From NCBI RefSeq assembly GCF_001194135.2, contig NC_068982.1, positions 1,867,630 to 1,931,629 on the forward strand: DNA of 64,000 nucleotides, written 5' to 3'. Below the pieces are notes generated by a model. The model had not been told where the DNA came from, did no database searches, and saw nothing but the letters and a program-made list of their open reading frames with translations. Of this stretch, positions 26,011 through 39,522 are shown piece by piece; within the stretch, counting starts at the first letter, position 1; the number at the start of each line of letters is the position of its first letter. A program made the translations under genes and the position numbers. The stretch is from Octopus bimaculoides. Taxonomy: Eukaryota.

Positions 26011-26651
26011 CTTCATTTTGGTACCTTTGAATTTGTATCCAGTTGCTCTACTTGCTAAGTGGTGGTGGGGGTGGGCGACAAAAAGAAAACGCGTAATTTA
26101 TGATGAGGATGAAAATATAGGGAAATCCCTCACGAAGAACAGTCATTATCTGCTAAAAATTACAAAAAAAGGCAATTCTGTTGAAGGAATCTAACCACAA
26201 GTACCCTTGATGGGAAGTATACTGCACATCCTTATATACATACATACATACATATATATATATATTTGCAGTAAAAATTGTTTGCCAACATAACATAGCA
26301 GTCCTGGTCTAGGACGAATGTTGCTGTAATTTAGACCAAGGAGACATCGTCTCCAGCTAGCGATACGACACCATCTGTGTCCTTATATTTTCAAACAAGG
26401 GAATCTAGCACCCCCACTTAGCTCAAAACAATATCTGTGTATCGCAATTTCTGAGTTATTTCCCTTCATCAGCACAATAATTGTTCAGCTAGAGATGGCG
26501 CTGCTAAATACCCGTTCGAAATATATAGTTTTCAAAGTGACAACTAATCACTGATTTATAAATGAGAAAATTACTATTTTTTAAACCTCACGTTGTGTGA
26601 TTTAAAAATAGTAATTTTCTTATATGTATGAATGTGTGTATGCATATGCTC

Positions 26652-26699
<48 letters not shown>

Positions 26700-26703
<4 letters not shown>

Positions 26704-27070
26704 GGCACAGGCGTGACTGTGGTAAGAAGCTTGTTTCTCTTCCACATGGATCCGGATTGAGTCACACCTTGGGTTTGTCGCTTCTATAATCTCAGGCCCA
26801 CCAAAGGTGCGTGAGTGGATTTGGTAGATAGAAACTGAAAGAAGCCCATAGTATATATACATAGACGCACACACACACACACACACACATATATATCATT
26901 GTGTGTGTGTGTCTTTGTGTCTATGTTTGCCCCTCTCCTTCCCACCGCTTGACAACCGTTATCAGTTTGTTTACGTCCATAAAAAACTGGCTGAAATCGA
27001 TTCATTCGATAAAAGTCTCTGAAGGTGGTGTGCCATATGGCACCAGTGTAGTGGCAAAAACAAGTAAGAG
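26700..27070 (+). mobile_element. SINE family C
   Basis: ggcgtgactgtggtaagaagcttg..gagtggatttggtagatagaaactgaaagaagccc..gcttgacaacc. Confidence 0.85.
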
Positions 27071-27119
27071 AATTGATATATATATTTCCGAATCTAGACA
27101 GTGAATAATAATAATAATA

Positions 27120-27322
27120 ATCCTTTCTACTATGGGCAGAAAGTCTGCAATGTCAGGAGAGGTGGTAAGTCGATTACATGGAAACCAGTATTCAACTGTT
27201 ACTTATTTTATAGACCCTCCCCATGAAAGGTAAAGTAGACCACGGCAGAGTTTGAACTTGTGAACGTAAAGATGAACGAAATGCCCGGTACAGTAACGAC
27301 TCGGCCAGATCGCCGACCTTAG
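27120..27322 (-). mobile_element. SINE family B, diverged
   Basis: tacttattttatagaccc..gaaaggtaaagtagaccacggcagagtttgaact. Confidence 0.7.
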
Positions 27323-28039
27323 CAACAACACCAATAATAATTACTATAATCGTTCCACTTTTAGGGAATTCCTGTTAATCATAAAATTTCACCGAAATAT
27401 ACGTTAATAAAATGGAAGAAATCGACCTACATAGAAGAGTTACGACGTACAAATTCTTACTGGATACGTTTTAGGGAATGTGTTCTTGGATTTTGTCTTA
27501 CTCAACACATCATAATCTCCCTAGTTTTGACTCTATTCACCATTTAAAACTCCCTATAAATTTGAGTTTCTCTCTTCCATTACACCCTGCAAAACAATTT
27601 CATAGCAGGTTTTTGAGAGACTCCGACTGGTGCTACAACCCAACATCCGTAGGAAGTCTGTAGAAACTTCTTTCCATTACGGAAAGAATTTAATTATATA
27701 TTGTAAATATCTATATTATACTTTATGATTGGGGATCTGCATCTATCTGCATCTTCAACATGATTATAATGATTATAAATTGTTTGAATTGGTTTTTAAA
27801 TTTTGCAATTTCGTACCTTAACTTTCATAATATACTCCCTTTGTCTCTCTAAACTGTTTTTGTCTTTCTGAAGAGGGATTAACATCCGATATGTAACTGC
27901 TTGTCCGCTTTCTCTCTACCTGGAAAAAAAATCACTTAATATTCCAAAAATATGCTGTGTATAAAAAACATCCCCTCAACAGGTCCATCAAAGAAAAGTG
28001 TGTTGAAAGCAATTTATGTACTCCCCCATCCACCTATAT

Positions 28040-28224
28040 GACTATGTGTGTGTATATATATGTATGTGTATATATATGTATGTGTGTATATATATATGTG
28101 TGTATATATGTGTGTATATATGTGTGTGTATATATACATATATATGTGTGTGTGTATATATATATGTATATATACATATGTATATCTATATGTATATATG
28201 TGTGTGTGTGTATATATATGTATA

Positions 28225-28255
<31 letters not shown>

Positions 28256-28385
28256 GTGTGTGTATATATGTGTGTATATATGTGTGTATATATGTGTGTG
28301 TATATATGTATGTGTGTGTATTCTCCCATATATATATATATGTATGTATATATATATGTATGTATATATATATATGTATATATAA
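28040..28385. repeat. Compound (TG)/(TA) microsatellite
   Basis: Direct reading. Confidence 0.95.
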
Positions 28386-28636
28386 TGGGAAAGAATATAA
28401 GCTGTATTGATCTTAGTTGTCTGTGATATCGCAACAATGAGATATTGGTTTCGTCTCATTTAAGCCTCATCGTTTACTTTTAATTTATTGCTACAAATTG
28501 CTTCGTTCTGTCCATCGAACATCATTTATTGCGTTGCCATAATTGGAAATCCTTTTTGGTACATAGTAATATTTCAATTCGTGCAGCTGTGAAGTCTTAT
28601 TTTGAATGTAGCAGAACATATGCGAAGGCGTCATTA

Positions 28637-28786
28637 CAAGGTTAGAAATTTGCTTCCCAACCACACGGTTCTGGGTTCAATCCCATTGCATGAGAACTTC
28701 GGCAGGTGTCTTCTACAGTAGCCTTGGGTCAACCAAGAACGCCCTGTAATTGAATTTGGTAAATGGAAAGTAAAAGAAGCCTGTCG

Positions 28787-28853
<67 letters not shown>

Positions 28854-29087
28854 CAGCCTTCTTTCGTATATATGTGTTTGCGTGTCTTTGTATCTGGCTT
28901 TGTCTTCGCCACGACATGACAACCAGTGTTGTTTTGCTTACGTCACTGTAACTTAGAAGTACGGCAAAAGAGGCTGATAAAATAAATACCAGGCTTTAAA
29001 AATTTACTGGGGTCGATACCTTCGTCTAAACTCTTTAAAGCAGTACCCCAGTATGGCCGTAGGCTAATGATTGAAACAAGTAAAAAT
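28637..29087 (+). mobile_element. SINE family C, full length with internal (CA)/(TA)
   Basis: ggttagaaatttgcttcccaaccacacggttctgggttcaatccc head through ..ccagtatggccgtaggctaatgattgaaacaagtaaaa tail. Confidence 0.88.
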
Positions 29088-29213
29088 AGCGCTACAATGA
29101 ATGCATGTTAATATAAGAGGTTCTCCTATATCAAGTTCTCAACATTTTAAATGTATTATTTACAATAAAAATGCTTAATGTTCCTCGCTGCTATCGACGG
29201 AGTAATGAGGGTG

Positions 29214-29308
29214 ATGAGAGATATATATAAAGCTGAAACGTAAAGTACATATTATGAGAGATATATATATAAAGCTGAAACGTAAAGTACATATTATGAG
29301 AGATATAT
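29214..29308 (+). repeat. Tandem duplication, 40/42-bp units (2.3 copies)
   Basis: atgagag(at)nAAAGCTGAAACGTAAAGTACATATT at 29214, 29254 and partial at 29296. Confidence 0.9.
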
Positions 29309-30309
29309 CATGACTGCAATATTTGAATGATTGAATTTCGTATTTGTAACACGAGACAAAAAGAAGTAGCTTTAGACTCCGCATTTTAAAGCGTGTAAAG
29401 TCTTAGATATGTATCTTTTGTGATCAATACTCCGCGATACGTTTAGTTGCATGTAACTGCTTGATTGACACGAAGTAGGATTTTTAAAATTAATCCTTTT
29501 TAAATATGATCCACTGTATAATTATTTTTATTTCTGGTGTCTAATAATTACAACAGATTTAGTTGCAAAATACATTTGGAATACACACACACACACACAT
29601 ACACATATACATATTCAGGCATTGCCTGAAGACTGCGATAAGGTACCTGGCGTATTAAAAAATACTGTCTGAGATGCTTTCATCGCATGAAACTAATAGT
29701 AGCACATAAAAAAAACCAGATACTGTGTTTATTAAATAATATTTGTCACCAAATAGAGTACTTTTTGTTGATCTTACCATCACGAATAGTACACTATATA
29801 CATATATATATTATAAAAAGTTCGTAAAGAAAGGACAATTTATATATCGTCAAAATCTGTTTATTACAATCCTATTGTCATTACTTTGCAATATGACGGC
29901 TGTTTCTGCTAGAGAAGTGTCCCAGTGTCCTTTGATTTAGCATTTATTTGCATTTAATTGATTCATTTGCATTACATATGTATCGAAGATAGACATAGCC
30001 ATGCAGCTTTGTTAAAGGTTTTTTACAAATGCAGGTGGGTGAGTGAAGCGAATGTCCATATTCCTTTACTTGGTGTGTGTGTGTGAGTGCGTGTATATAT
30101 ANNNNNNNNNNNNNNNNNNNNNNNNNNNNNNNNNNNNNNNNNNNNNNNNNNNNNNNNNNNNNNNNNNNNNNNNNNNNNNNNNNNNNNNNNNNNNNNNNNN
30201 NNNNNNNNNNNNNNNNNNNNNNNNNNNNNNNNNNNNNNNNNNNNNNNNNNNNNNNNNNNNNNNNNNNNNNNNNNNNNNNNNNNNNNNNNNNNNNNNNNNN
30301 NNNNNNNNN

Positions 30310-30610
30310 AGGAGTGGATGTGTGGTAAGTAGCTTGCTTACCAACCACATGGTTCCGGGTTCATATAACCTCAGGCCGACCAAAGCCTTGTGAGTGGATT
30401 TGGTAGACGGACTGAAAGAAGCCCGCCGTATATATATGTGTATGTGTGCGTATATGTTTGTGGGTCTGTGTTTGTCCTTCAACATCGCTTGACAACCGGT
30501 GGTGGTGTGTTTACGTCCCCGTAATCTAGAAAGAATAAGTCCTGGGGTCGATTTGTTCGACTAAAGGCGGTGCTTCAGCATGGCCGCAGTCAAATGACTG
30601 AAACAAATAG
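30310..30610 (+). mobile_element. SINE family C
   Basis: ggagtggatgtgtggtaagtagcttgcttaccaaccacatggttccgggttc..cagcatggccgcagtcaaatgactgaaacaa. Confidence 0.92.
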
Positions 30611-30667
<57 letters not shown>

Positions 30668-30928
30668 GAGATGTAATACAAACACACACAAACTGATACT
30701 GACAAGTAAAAGAGTATACGTTTGGCAGATCGTCAGTAAGGAGAGACACAAAAAAGAAAGAAGAAAGCAAAGGACTACTGATGAGGTCACAGAGGTGTGA
30801 GGATAGAAATCTGGCCGAAATACAATTCATATGAAATATAGGTGAAGCTCGCGAACACCGAATAAATAGTGCGTGTGTTTTCATTGGTTAATGAAAACAT
30901 TAACCAATAACCATCCCTAAATACAACG

Positions 30929-30949
<21 letters not shown>

Positions 30950-30968
<19 letters not shown>

Positions 30969-31155
30969 ATTATCCCTCCACCATCGCATGACAACCGATG
31001 TTGGTGTGTTTACATCCCCCTAACCTGGTGGTTCGGCAAAAGAGCCCGATAAAATAAGTACTAGGCTTAAAAAGAATAACTCCTGGGGTCGATTTGTTCG
31101 ACTAAAGGTGGTGATCCAGCATGGCCGCAGTGAAATGATTGAAACAAGTAAACGT
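30950..31155 (+). mobile_element. SINE family C, 3' half
   Basis: gacaaccgatgttggtgtgtttac..ggggtcgatttgttcgactaaagg..catggccgcag. Confidence 0.9.
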
Positions 31156-31379
31156 ATAATTGAATATACGTATGTATATGTGTAGGTGTGTATGTACTAT
31201 CGTAGACACATTTTTGTCACCTTGGTAATCTACACATGGTGTATACATAACGTAAACAAATACACCCCCCCCACACACACACAGAGTAAGAAATATCGAT
31301 ATTCACTTCACCCACGTGATTATAATGGCAATATCTACGAGGCAAGACCGAATTTATTGGATAGGTACTCTTAGTAGTT

Positions 31380-31830
31380 CAGCAGATGCTATACAAATAC
31401 CAAGACCAAACAAGACTCTGAATTATGTCCAAATCAATCAGGAAGTGTTCAATGCAGGATAAAAGAGGAAAAGGATTAAATTTGATATTTCCCTATCAGC
31501 TTTGACGGAATAGTGTAATGATGGTTCATAGTCACTTAATGCGTCACTTTGGGATCACTGTCAGCAATGATGCATCAAACGATGTTCATATTGCCAAGGT
31601 GATAAAAATGTGTAGGCGACACGTGGGATGTTGTCTAGAATCATTTAGAACGGGATTCAAACCATGTTGGCCATGTGGAGTACAATCTTCTAGATTATCG
31701 TTATCTGTTTTGGTCATCACACCCAGTTACAATTCAGAAAGCGAAGCAGTCCAATTCAACGGAAATATTGGAATCATACACCAGATGAAGACTTACTGGG
31801 TAAATTTTTACTCTTTGAAAGAAGTAAAGG
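31380..31830 (+). mobile_element. Degenerate CR1/L2-like LINE fragment (post-RT region)
   Basis: RHFGITVSNDAS..HIAKVIKMCRRHVG..FRT, followed by frameshifted equivalents of the LDYCS/LWS/EAVQ/YW/LYSL motifs. Confidence 0.6.
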
Positions 31831-33157
31831 AAAATTATGAAAATATTCATATATTTTTGGAGAATATTGGAAGGGGTAGAAAAATTTGACATCAAGAGTA
31901 ATGCTAAAACCCGAAGAGAGGGACTAAATGACACTCGGTCGGTTCCGGAAATAATCGAGTTTACTAGTACAGAGACTTCACAGTTTTTGTTTTATTTATT
32001 TAATCAACTCACGCAGAATGAAGAGCAAAAACGTACCTGGCCAGGGTTTGAAGTTTAAATGTTAAGGCTACCATGTATATTTCGAAATTCTATTCATGAC
32101 TGATTTGAAATAAGCTTATTCTTAAGGTACTTTGGTTTGAATGGAGTATTTTCCTTATCATATTAGAGGGGAAATAAAATTTAGAGCAAAGTGTGTGATG
32201 TTTTTGACGGAGTTAAGTATAGAAAAGGTAACGTTAGAATTATTGATTTTATTATCTTTCAAATTCCACATGAAGTTTGAGAAAGCGGTAACGTTTTATT
32301 GTTGAAATGAACGGTGGGAACCGTTTTACATAACGACTTTTGAATTTGCCCTTGCACCAGCGACTGTTACTGTAGTTTTGTCGATTAGCAATTTAGCTTT
32401 TCTCATACGCACACGCAGGCACGCACGCAGGCACGCACGCGCGCGCACCCCGACACCCACATACAAAACGCATGCATAGATGCATTCGCATTTAGATGCA
32501 CGAATTGGGGCAGGCATACATGTGTGACACTATCCTGCGGCACAGAAATCTTCGATATGAAATCCCGTATGACCTATACTTTGGTTGTGAAAGGAGTTTC
32601 TTTGATGGGAACAATGTCATTGTCCGTTGGTTATGCCTGTCTATATATTTGCTTGCATCTGTGTCTCTGATGAATGGGGGTCAAGTTGTGTCACCCTAAA
32701 AATAAAACAGTTACTTGTGATCCTTTACATTAAAAGTAGAATAAAAAACTACGGTGTCAACATGGATGAATAAAGCTTTGCAGGCCCAAAATGAGAAATT
32801 TCGACCTACGATTGGAGCTAGTACAAAGATATTTGTAAAAAAACCCTGAAATGAACAATAATTATTTGTACCGAAAACTATGTTCAATATTCTTCGTCGC
32901 TACATATAATACCGTTAGTATGAAGCGGGGGTGTAAATACAAATACTGAATAAACATTAATTGAGGGGGAAAAGCCACGATGAAGTGTGTGGGTGGCAGA
33001 TATAGATGTGTCCGATTGTGTGCGCGCGTGCGTGAACTTACGTGTGTTAAAAAATATCGAGTGCCGAAGAACACTATTATAGCAGCTGCGTACAAATGCT
33101 ACGCTATGTACAGGTGGCAACATGTATATATATCTATAAATGGAGATATAATATATA

Positions 33158-33159
<2 letters not shown>

Positions 33160-33223
<64 letters not shown>

Positions 33224-33312
33224 TGTGTGTATATGTATACGTATCTTTATATTATATGTATGTATGTATGGATGTATCTATCTATCTATCTATATATATT
33301 ATATAGTATATA
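33160..33312. repeat. (TG)n and TA-rich microsatellite
   Basis: Direct reading. Confidence 0.95.
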
Positions 33313-35186
33313 CATATATTCTTTTGTATATATATAATATTATGCACATGCTTGTGTGCTTCTTCTTATAAATGTGTGTGTGTGTGTTTGAGATTGCGTG
33401 TGTTTTCATTTACATATTCATAAACATTATGTACGTGGTGAGCATTTCAAATCTCCTTTAGCCACCGACCGAACGTTCACAAGGTAGAAGTATTCAACTA
33501 CTAATATTCATAGTTCCCATATCCAACAACACATTCACACACATATAACACAAGCTAATACATACACCGTACATCAATCCCAAATATACACCAACATATC
33601 CAAATATTTAAATTCTTTGCTTGTCTGTAGGAAAATTGTAAATTACATTGCTTGTTTATTTAAGAGTTATTCACATTGTTGATATTGTTTTTTCATTCTC
33701 TCCATTAATATAGAAGATATCAACTTCACTTTGCAAATTCATTTGAAAGATTAATCACTCATAAGAAGTGATTCAGTCAGTCCTTTGTTTTCTTCGTATT
33801 TTTTCATTCTTCTGCTTTATCTTTTCTTACGTTCTGATGACTGAATAGCTAACGTAAGTGGCATTACATGTGCGGTGTATTTACCGAAAAAACTTTCGCA
33901 ATCGCATGCTGACTACGAATGCAATCTATGATCGGGACATGCGCAGTAGAAGAGAGCGAGAGATACTGAAGTTGGAGAGAGAGAGAAAGAAAAAGAGAGA
34001 GAGAGAAACCGGGGGACCGAGATGGAATAAAAGAAAGCATATGAATTGAAACGAGGCAAAGGTAAGGGATAGTTGTGAGAGCGAGAGAGAGAGAGAGAGA
34101 AATGGAGAGAAAGATAAATGAGATGGAGGAGGAGTCAAAGGAGGAAAAGACCTGAAGCTTCTTCCTCCTACGTAAAATTAATTGTCGTCTGCATTCGCTT
34201 TCACAATTTTACTTTCACAGTTTTGGTCCGATTAATAGACTGCAATTAGAAATGTGATTGATGTAAGACAGGGGTCATTAACACCGACTCCGGTTAACCC
34301 AACTAAAATACAGGTATATCCAAATGAAATTTATGGTAAGAAGAAATTTTCTCCTTCGGTTCTTCGTTGAATTTCGCTTCAAATTTTGTTCATGTTTTCC
34401 TTGTAATGTCCGGTTGTCTAATCTTTCTTTCATTTTAAACTCCAACATCCACATTTCTCTAACATTCACTACTCTTCTTTCAATTTACAGAAATTAAAAA
34501 AAAGTTATATCTGTGAGTTCAAACTAATACATACACATATGTATGTGAACAGACACAAACCCGCACTAGAAGCAGGTTTATATATATATATATATATATA
34601 GAATACAGGTTTATGTATTTGTTTTGCAAAAAAAAAAAAAACCCCGATATATATATGTTATATATACACATCCACACAGCATATATGCATGGATATATAT
34701 ATGTATATATATCTATTTATTTACCTAGCTATCTATCTATATATTTATATACATGTATGTATATATATGTATATATATGTATATATATATATTTATATGT
34801 ATATATATGTGTGTATCTATCTATTTATTTATCTATCTACCTATCTATATATATGTATATATAAAATGTATAAATAATTATGTTTGTGTGTTTTAAAAGC
34901 ATCGTGGTACATAACACTGAACTTCAAAAATACAGTCTTATTACATTGAAAACCGCGATATATTTACTTTAACATTATTGTTATATTAAAACAATATTTT
35001 TTACACCAGTCATTTTTTTACCAACCAGTCTCTCTGAAAGATACGATCTGGAGTTATGGATAATTCATTACAACTATTATATGGCATCTATCAATCAATG
35101 TAGTTATTTGTCAATCTCTGAAATTTTTTCTCACTCAAAATTTCTAAATCTCTCTTTCTTTCTATATTTCCCTTCTCTCTCTCTCT

Positions 35187-35229
<43 letters not shown>

Positions 35230-36144
35230 ACCATACATACACACATATATATATCTATATCCTATGTATTATACGCTCACGTGCACGTAATCATAAACAT
35301 ATTAATGGTATACATGTATATAACTCCATATATATATCAATATTAACATATATGTGTGTTTGTATACCGACTCACATACACAAATGTACACACGCACACA
35401 TACATATAGAGACACATACACGCACATTGTAAAGCGTGTATGTCTTTATGTGTCGGGAAAAATCTTGACCTGAAAATGGTTGTTCTAAATGTTATGCTGA
35501 AAGTACACTAAAACGGATGTTATGGGCACCACGTATCCTATGCTTACCAGGCAAACCAGATCATTCTTAGTTGCAGTCTCTTGGTTGTATATAGCAGAAC
35601 ATCTCACACGTACAGACACACGCTTTCTTTCTAGTGCTGAAACACACATGCACATCCGCGTACACAGGTACTTTCACACACATACACTTTATAAGCAGTC
35701 ATGTCTTGTTTTCTTCACACACACACACACACAGTCATGCTGAACACGCACACATACATTTCTTTCAACAGGTGGGCATGTTTGTAAATATTACGCATCT
35801 AATTTTAACTATTGTATATTAATGTGGGTAAAATTGGATTAAAATTTCCAGAAATATTCCAAATTATTCGTCTTTACTTTTCGGTAGAGGCATAATGAGC
35901 CAGGGGTCAGAAAGGTACACTTGAATAGAGTCGTCTTCATGAAATGTATTCATGTAGACCAAGTTACACGTAGTTCACACCAATCCGGACTGGATAGTTT
36001 AAATGACCCGGCTCTTCTCACACGGACACATCTCATTAGGTAGGTACAAATCTTTGAAGTCCTGTGCTGTTGGGACCTACAAACAAGTTACGGTATTGCA
36101 TATGTACGCATACAAACATGCCCAAATATATGTGCGTAAGTATG

Positions 36145-36190
<46 letters not shown>

Positions 36191-37682
36191 GAGGATCGCG
36201 CACGCACACACACCTGAAAATAAAGATAGTGAAGGATCAGCACATTAAATGTTACTAAATGACGATAAAATTATTTCATTGAAATCTAACTTGGAGCGAT
36301 ACTACAAATTAGTATGAGAGGCTATGGTGATTTTAAGTGATGTTATTAAAATACTGGTGAAGAATAATATTCTGAGACGGATTCCTGTCAGAATTGATCT
36401 TTGAACACAAAGTAACTAAATTCACTAAATTAATTTGTTCGTTTTTATTTTCATTTGTTTCCATCTTTCCCGTGCCTCTCTTTCTCTGATAATTTCAAGA
36501 AGGTGGCGTAAGGCCGAAAACGTCGGGGTGGCATCCCTTTGATAACTACTGCGCTTTGATATTTTACTGTCGCCGCTTTATAACTGGTTAATAACAAAAT
36601 AATAATAATAATAATAATAACAATACATGGCAGGTTGTGGTTTTATTTGTTTCAGTGATGGATTAGGTCAGCGTCTTGAAAAGGTTTGGCCGATACGTTT
36701 TAGTCGAACCCCGATAATCCAGCTTGAAACTTTCATGGGTGTATAACTTGTTCACTTTTTGATACAGCACCGGCTGGTTTTATGCCGGCAGCCTTGGGCC
36801 AGACACTTAAATATTAGCACGCACAATTCACACACACTCGCACTCACAATCACATACACACACACACACNNNNNNNNNNTATATATATATATATATATGA
36901 GAGTGAGAGAATGTGTGTTATAGATATACAGACGCATATACATACAAACATACACATACGTGCACTTCTGAAATGTTCTGTCTATCAAGTTCAAAACACG
37001 AGGTTGTGCCTTGAGTTTGAACTTCCAACCCCATGATTGCAATACGAACTTTGATCTATTAGATAAGTACAAATACTATACTGGCGTCGATTAAAACTGG
37101 CTAAGCACTTTGCCCTTCTAATTAATTACCTTTCAGTTAATGTGAAATATCAATTATTTAATTCCAGAAAATTTCTAGAGCGAAAAATATATTCCATGTA
37201 GGACACAGCGTATGTTTTTTGTCAATGATTGGTAGCTCACCTTTACCGATTCCTATCATTCATATCACCACTATTACCATTGGTCCTCTTGATTTTGTAT
37301 AGCCTCACTTCAACTTAAAGTGAACCTATGATTAAATCGCATGCCAACTGTGACTGTCCCGTCATCTTTTCAGATACAATGCGTATAAAAGCACATTCTA
37401 CAATAGGCTTTTTAAAAGTCTTTAAGATTTTAAGGGAGATTTGGCTGTTATTTCTAACAAGTCGATTAACGAGGTAGACTTTTACTTTTGCGTTAACGTT
37501 TAAACTTTAATTCCTACCTGGTTCGTGTTTGCTCTTTATTATGCATGAGTTGTTAACTAAAAAATTGTGAGGACCCTCTGCTAATAAACTTGACAATTAC
37601 TTTCCTTATATTTGTAGAATTTAGCAATGTTAGAAATTAGTATATTATTATTATTATTATGATTATTATTATTATTAGATGT

Positions 37683-37972
37683 GTTGGCGGTGGGATTGCC
37701 GAATCGTTAGGACAAAATGCTTAGCTGCATTTCACCCATCTTTAAGGCGGTGACCTGACAGAATCGTCATCATATTAGCACTGAAATGCTTAGCGGCATT
37801 TCGTCTGTCTTACCTTCTGAGTACAAATTCCGCCAAGGTCGACTTTGCCTTTCATCCTTTCGGGGTCGATAAAATAAGTACCAATCAAGAAGTGGGTTCA
37901 ATGTGATTGACTTACTCCCCACTCCTGCAAACATGTTGACCTTGTGCCAGAGTTTGAAACCATTATTATTAG
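37683..37972 (+). mobile_element. SINE family B with two tandem head segments
   Basis: ggcggtgggattgccgaatcgttag..aaatgcttagc followed by ggcggtgacctgacagaatcgt..aaatgcttagcggcatttcg, then the standard body. Confidence 0.8.
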
Positions 37973-38301
37973 ACGGGTTCAAATACAAACTAGGTCCAAT
38001 TAATCTCTCATATTTCTTGCGTCGATTAAATAAATTACCAGTTAAATACTAGGGTTGATATAATCAGCTAAACCGTCTCCCTCTCTCACCACACACAAAT
38101 ATCAGGCCTTGTAACTAAGTTACAAGCAATTATTCTTATTGGATGATAGCCAATTCGACTGACGTCGATCTGCTTTTTATTCTTTCACCATCGACAAAAT
38201 AAGTACCAGTTAAATACTGGGGTCGATATAATCGAGTTACCAATCACCGAACATGTGCTGGCGTTGTGCCTAAATTTGAAACCATTATTATTTATTATCA
38301 T

Positions 38302-38518
38302 TGCCTTTGCACAGCTTCTAACGCTGGACTTGTACTACAGTGTCAGCTGTTCACTACCAGTGAACTAAGGTAACACCTCTTATTTTTCGAGCACCTTCCG
38401 GAGTATTCGAGCGGTTCCAAGCAGTGCTGTTTTCTGCAAGTGCCCCACCCTTATTGCAGCTCCTACTTGTTCCACGTACTTCTCAAGATTTTTACTCACT
38501 GTTCCCAGGGCTCCGACA
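38302..38518 (-). mobile_element. Dong/R4-clade LINE 3' end inserted in (TAA)n
   Basis: IIVGALGTVSKNLEKYVEQVGAAIRVGHLQKTALLGTARILRKVLEK* (stop 38380-38382); ATT repeats on both sides. Confidence 0.88.
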
Positions 38519-39508
38519 ATTATTATTATTACTACTATTACAGTTATGGATTGACAGAATTTATAGAGTCGGACGAAATCCTGCCCTAAATCTGTGAATG
38601 TCTACTTGCTCTTTGACCCGTCTAGTTTGCTAAAGTAAATCCCGATTGTAATATAGAAAGAGTTGAATTAATTAGACCCAACCCAACCCAAACTATATCA
38701 TTCATTGTAATGAAGTGGATACTATTTTCTGTTTTATTATTTAGCGTGTTCTGCTCTTCAGCGAACATGTTACCGGTAAGTTGAAAGCCGAAGACATTCC
38801 GGGATTCATTCGATTTAAAGTTATATTATTATATTCTACTTTTGCTGTTGAGGTTGGTGGTGCTGTGCAACCTCCACCCAGCCCTGATCAGGTCGAAATA
38901 TCATCAAAGACGTTTCACGATGAGAAACAATTTTTTGACATAGTTTTCCTTCGATCAAAATAGCCAAAGCTGTTTAAAACGATAAATGTGACTTTAGGAA
39001 TTCGGCACCTATTTCTAGCAGGTCGAACGAGCACACAGATGTGCTCTCTTTGGCTTTTCTATTTCATTCTTTCTTATAAGTTGTTCATATGTATTTATAA
39101 AGTAGGCAGTCAGTCGTTAACCTACAGCTAAACTGAAATTATTTTATACTTTCAACATCCGGTCAGAATGAATTTAATTCACAATAATGTTATTCCATTA
39201 AGGCAATGAATGAAAGATGCAACATTCTCCTTATTATCTGAGTGAGTGAAAAAAAAATCAATTCACAATTATTCCGTTGAGTACCGTAACGCCCAGAAAC
39301 GAATTTCACCCCCCCCCTTCATATGCGGTTGAGAAACCACCAAAATCACATCTCACCTCTTCGTATGAACATAGATTTGCGTATAGATGAGAGAAACAAA
39401 ATAAACAATAATTATTTATTTACAAGTAAAATGGGTGAGACATGTAAACTACATTTCAAAGACTTGTTCAATCTGAATGTCTGCTGATGTTTGCCACAGA
39501 CTGGCATG

Positions 39509-39522
39509 GTTACCAGGGTAAC
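39509..39522. promoter_or_regulatory. RFX X-box-like palindrome
   Basis: GTTACC-AG-GGTAAC; second half-site GTTGCCATG at 39541 in unique sequence. Confidence 0.4.

Noticed and set aside
26436-26478. Minus-strand CTGATGAAGGGAAATAACTCAGAAATTG hammerhead-like word
   Set aside because: Weak helix II, no NUH triplet or helix I; at best a dead pLTR relic.
27866-27900. CTGAAGA-gGGAT-taac-ATCC-GATATGTA hammerhead-like word
   Set aside because: GAAA core altered to GATA and helix I unclear; probably decayed Penelope pLTR.
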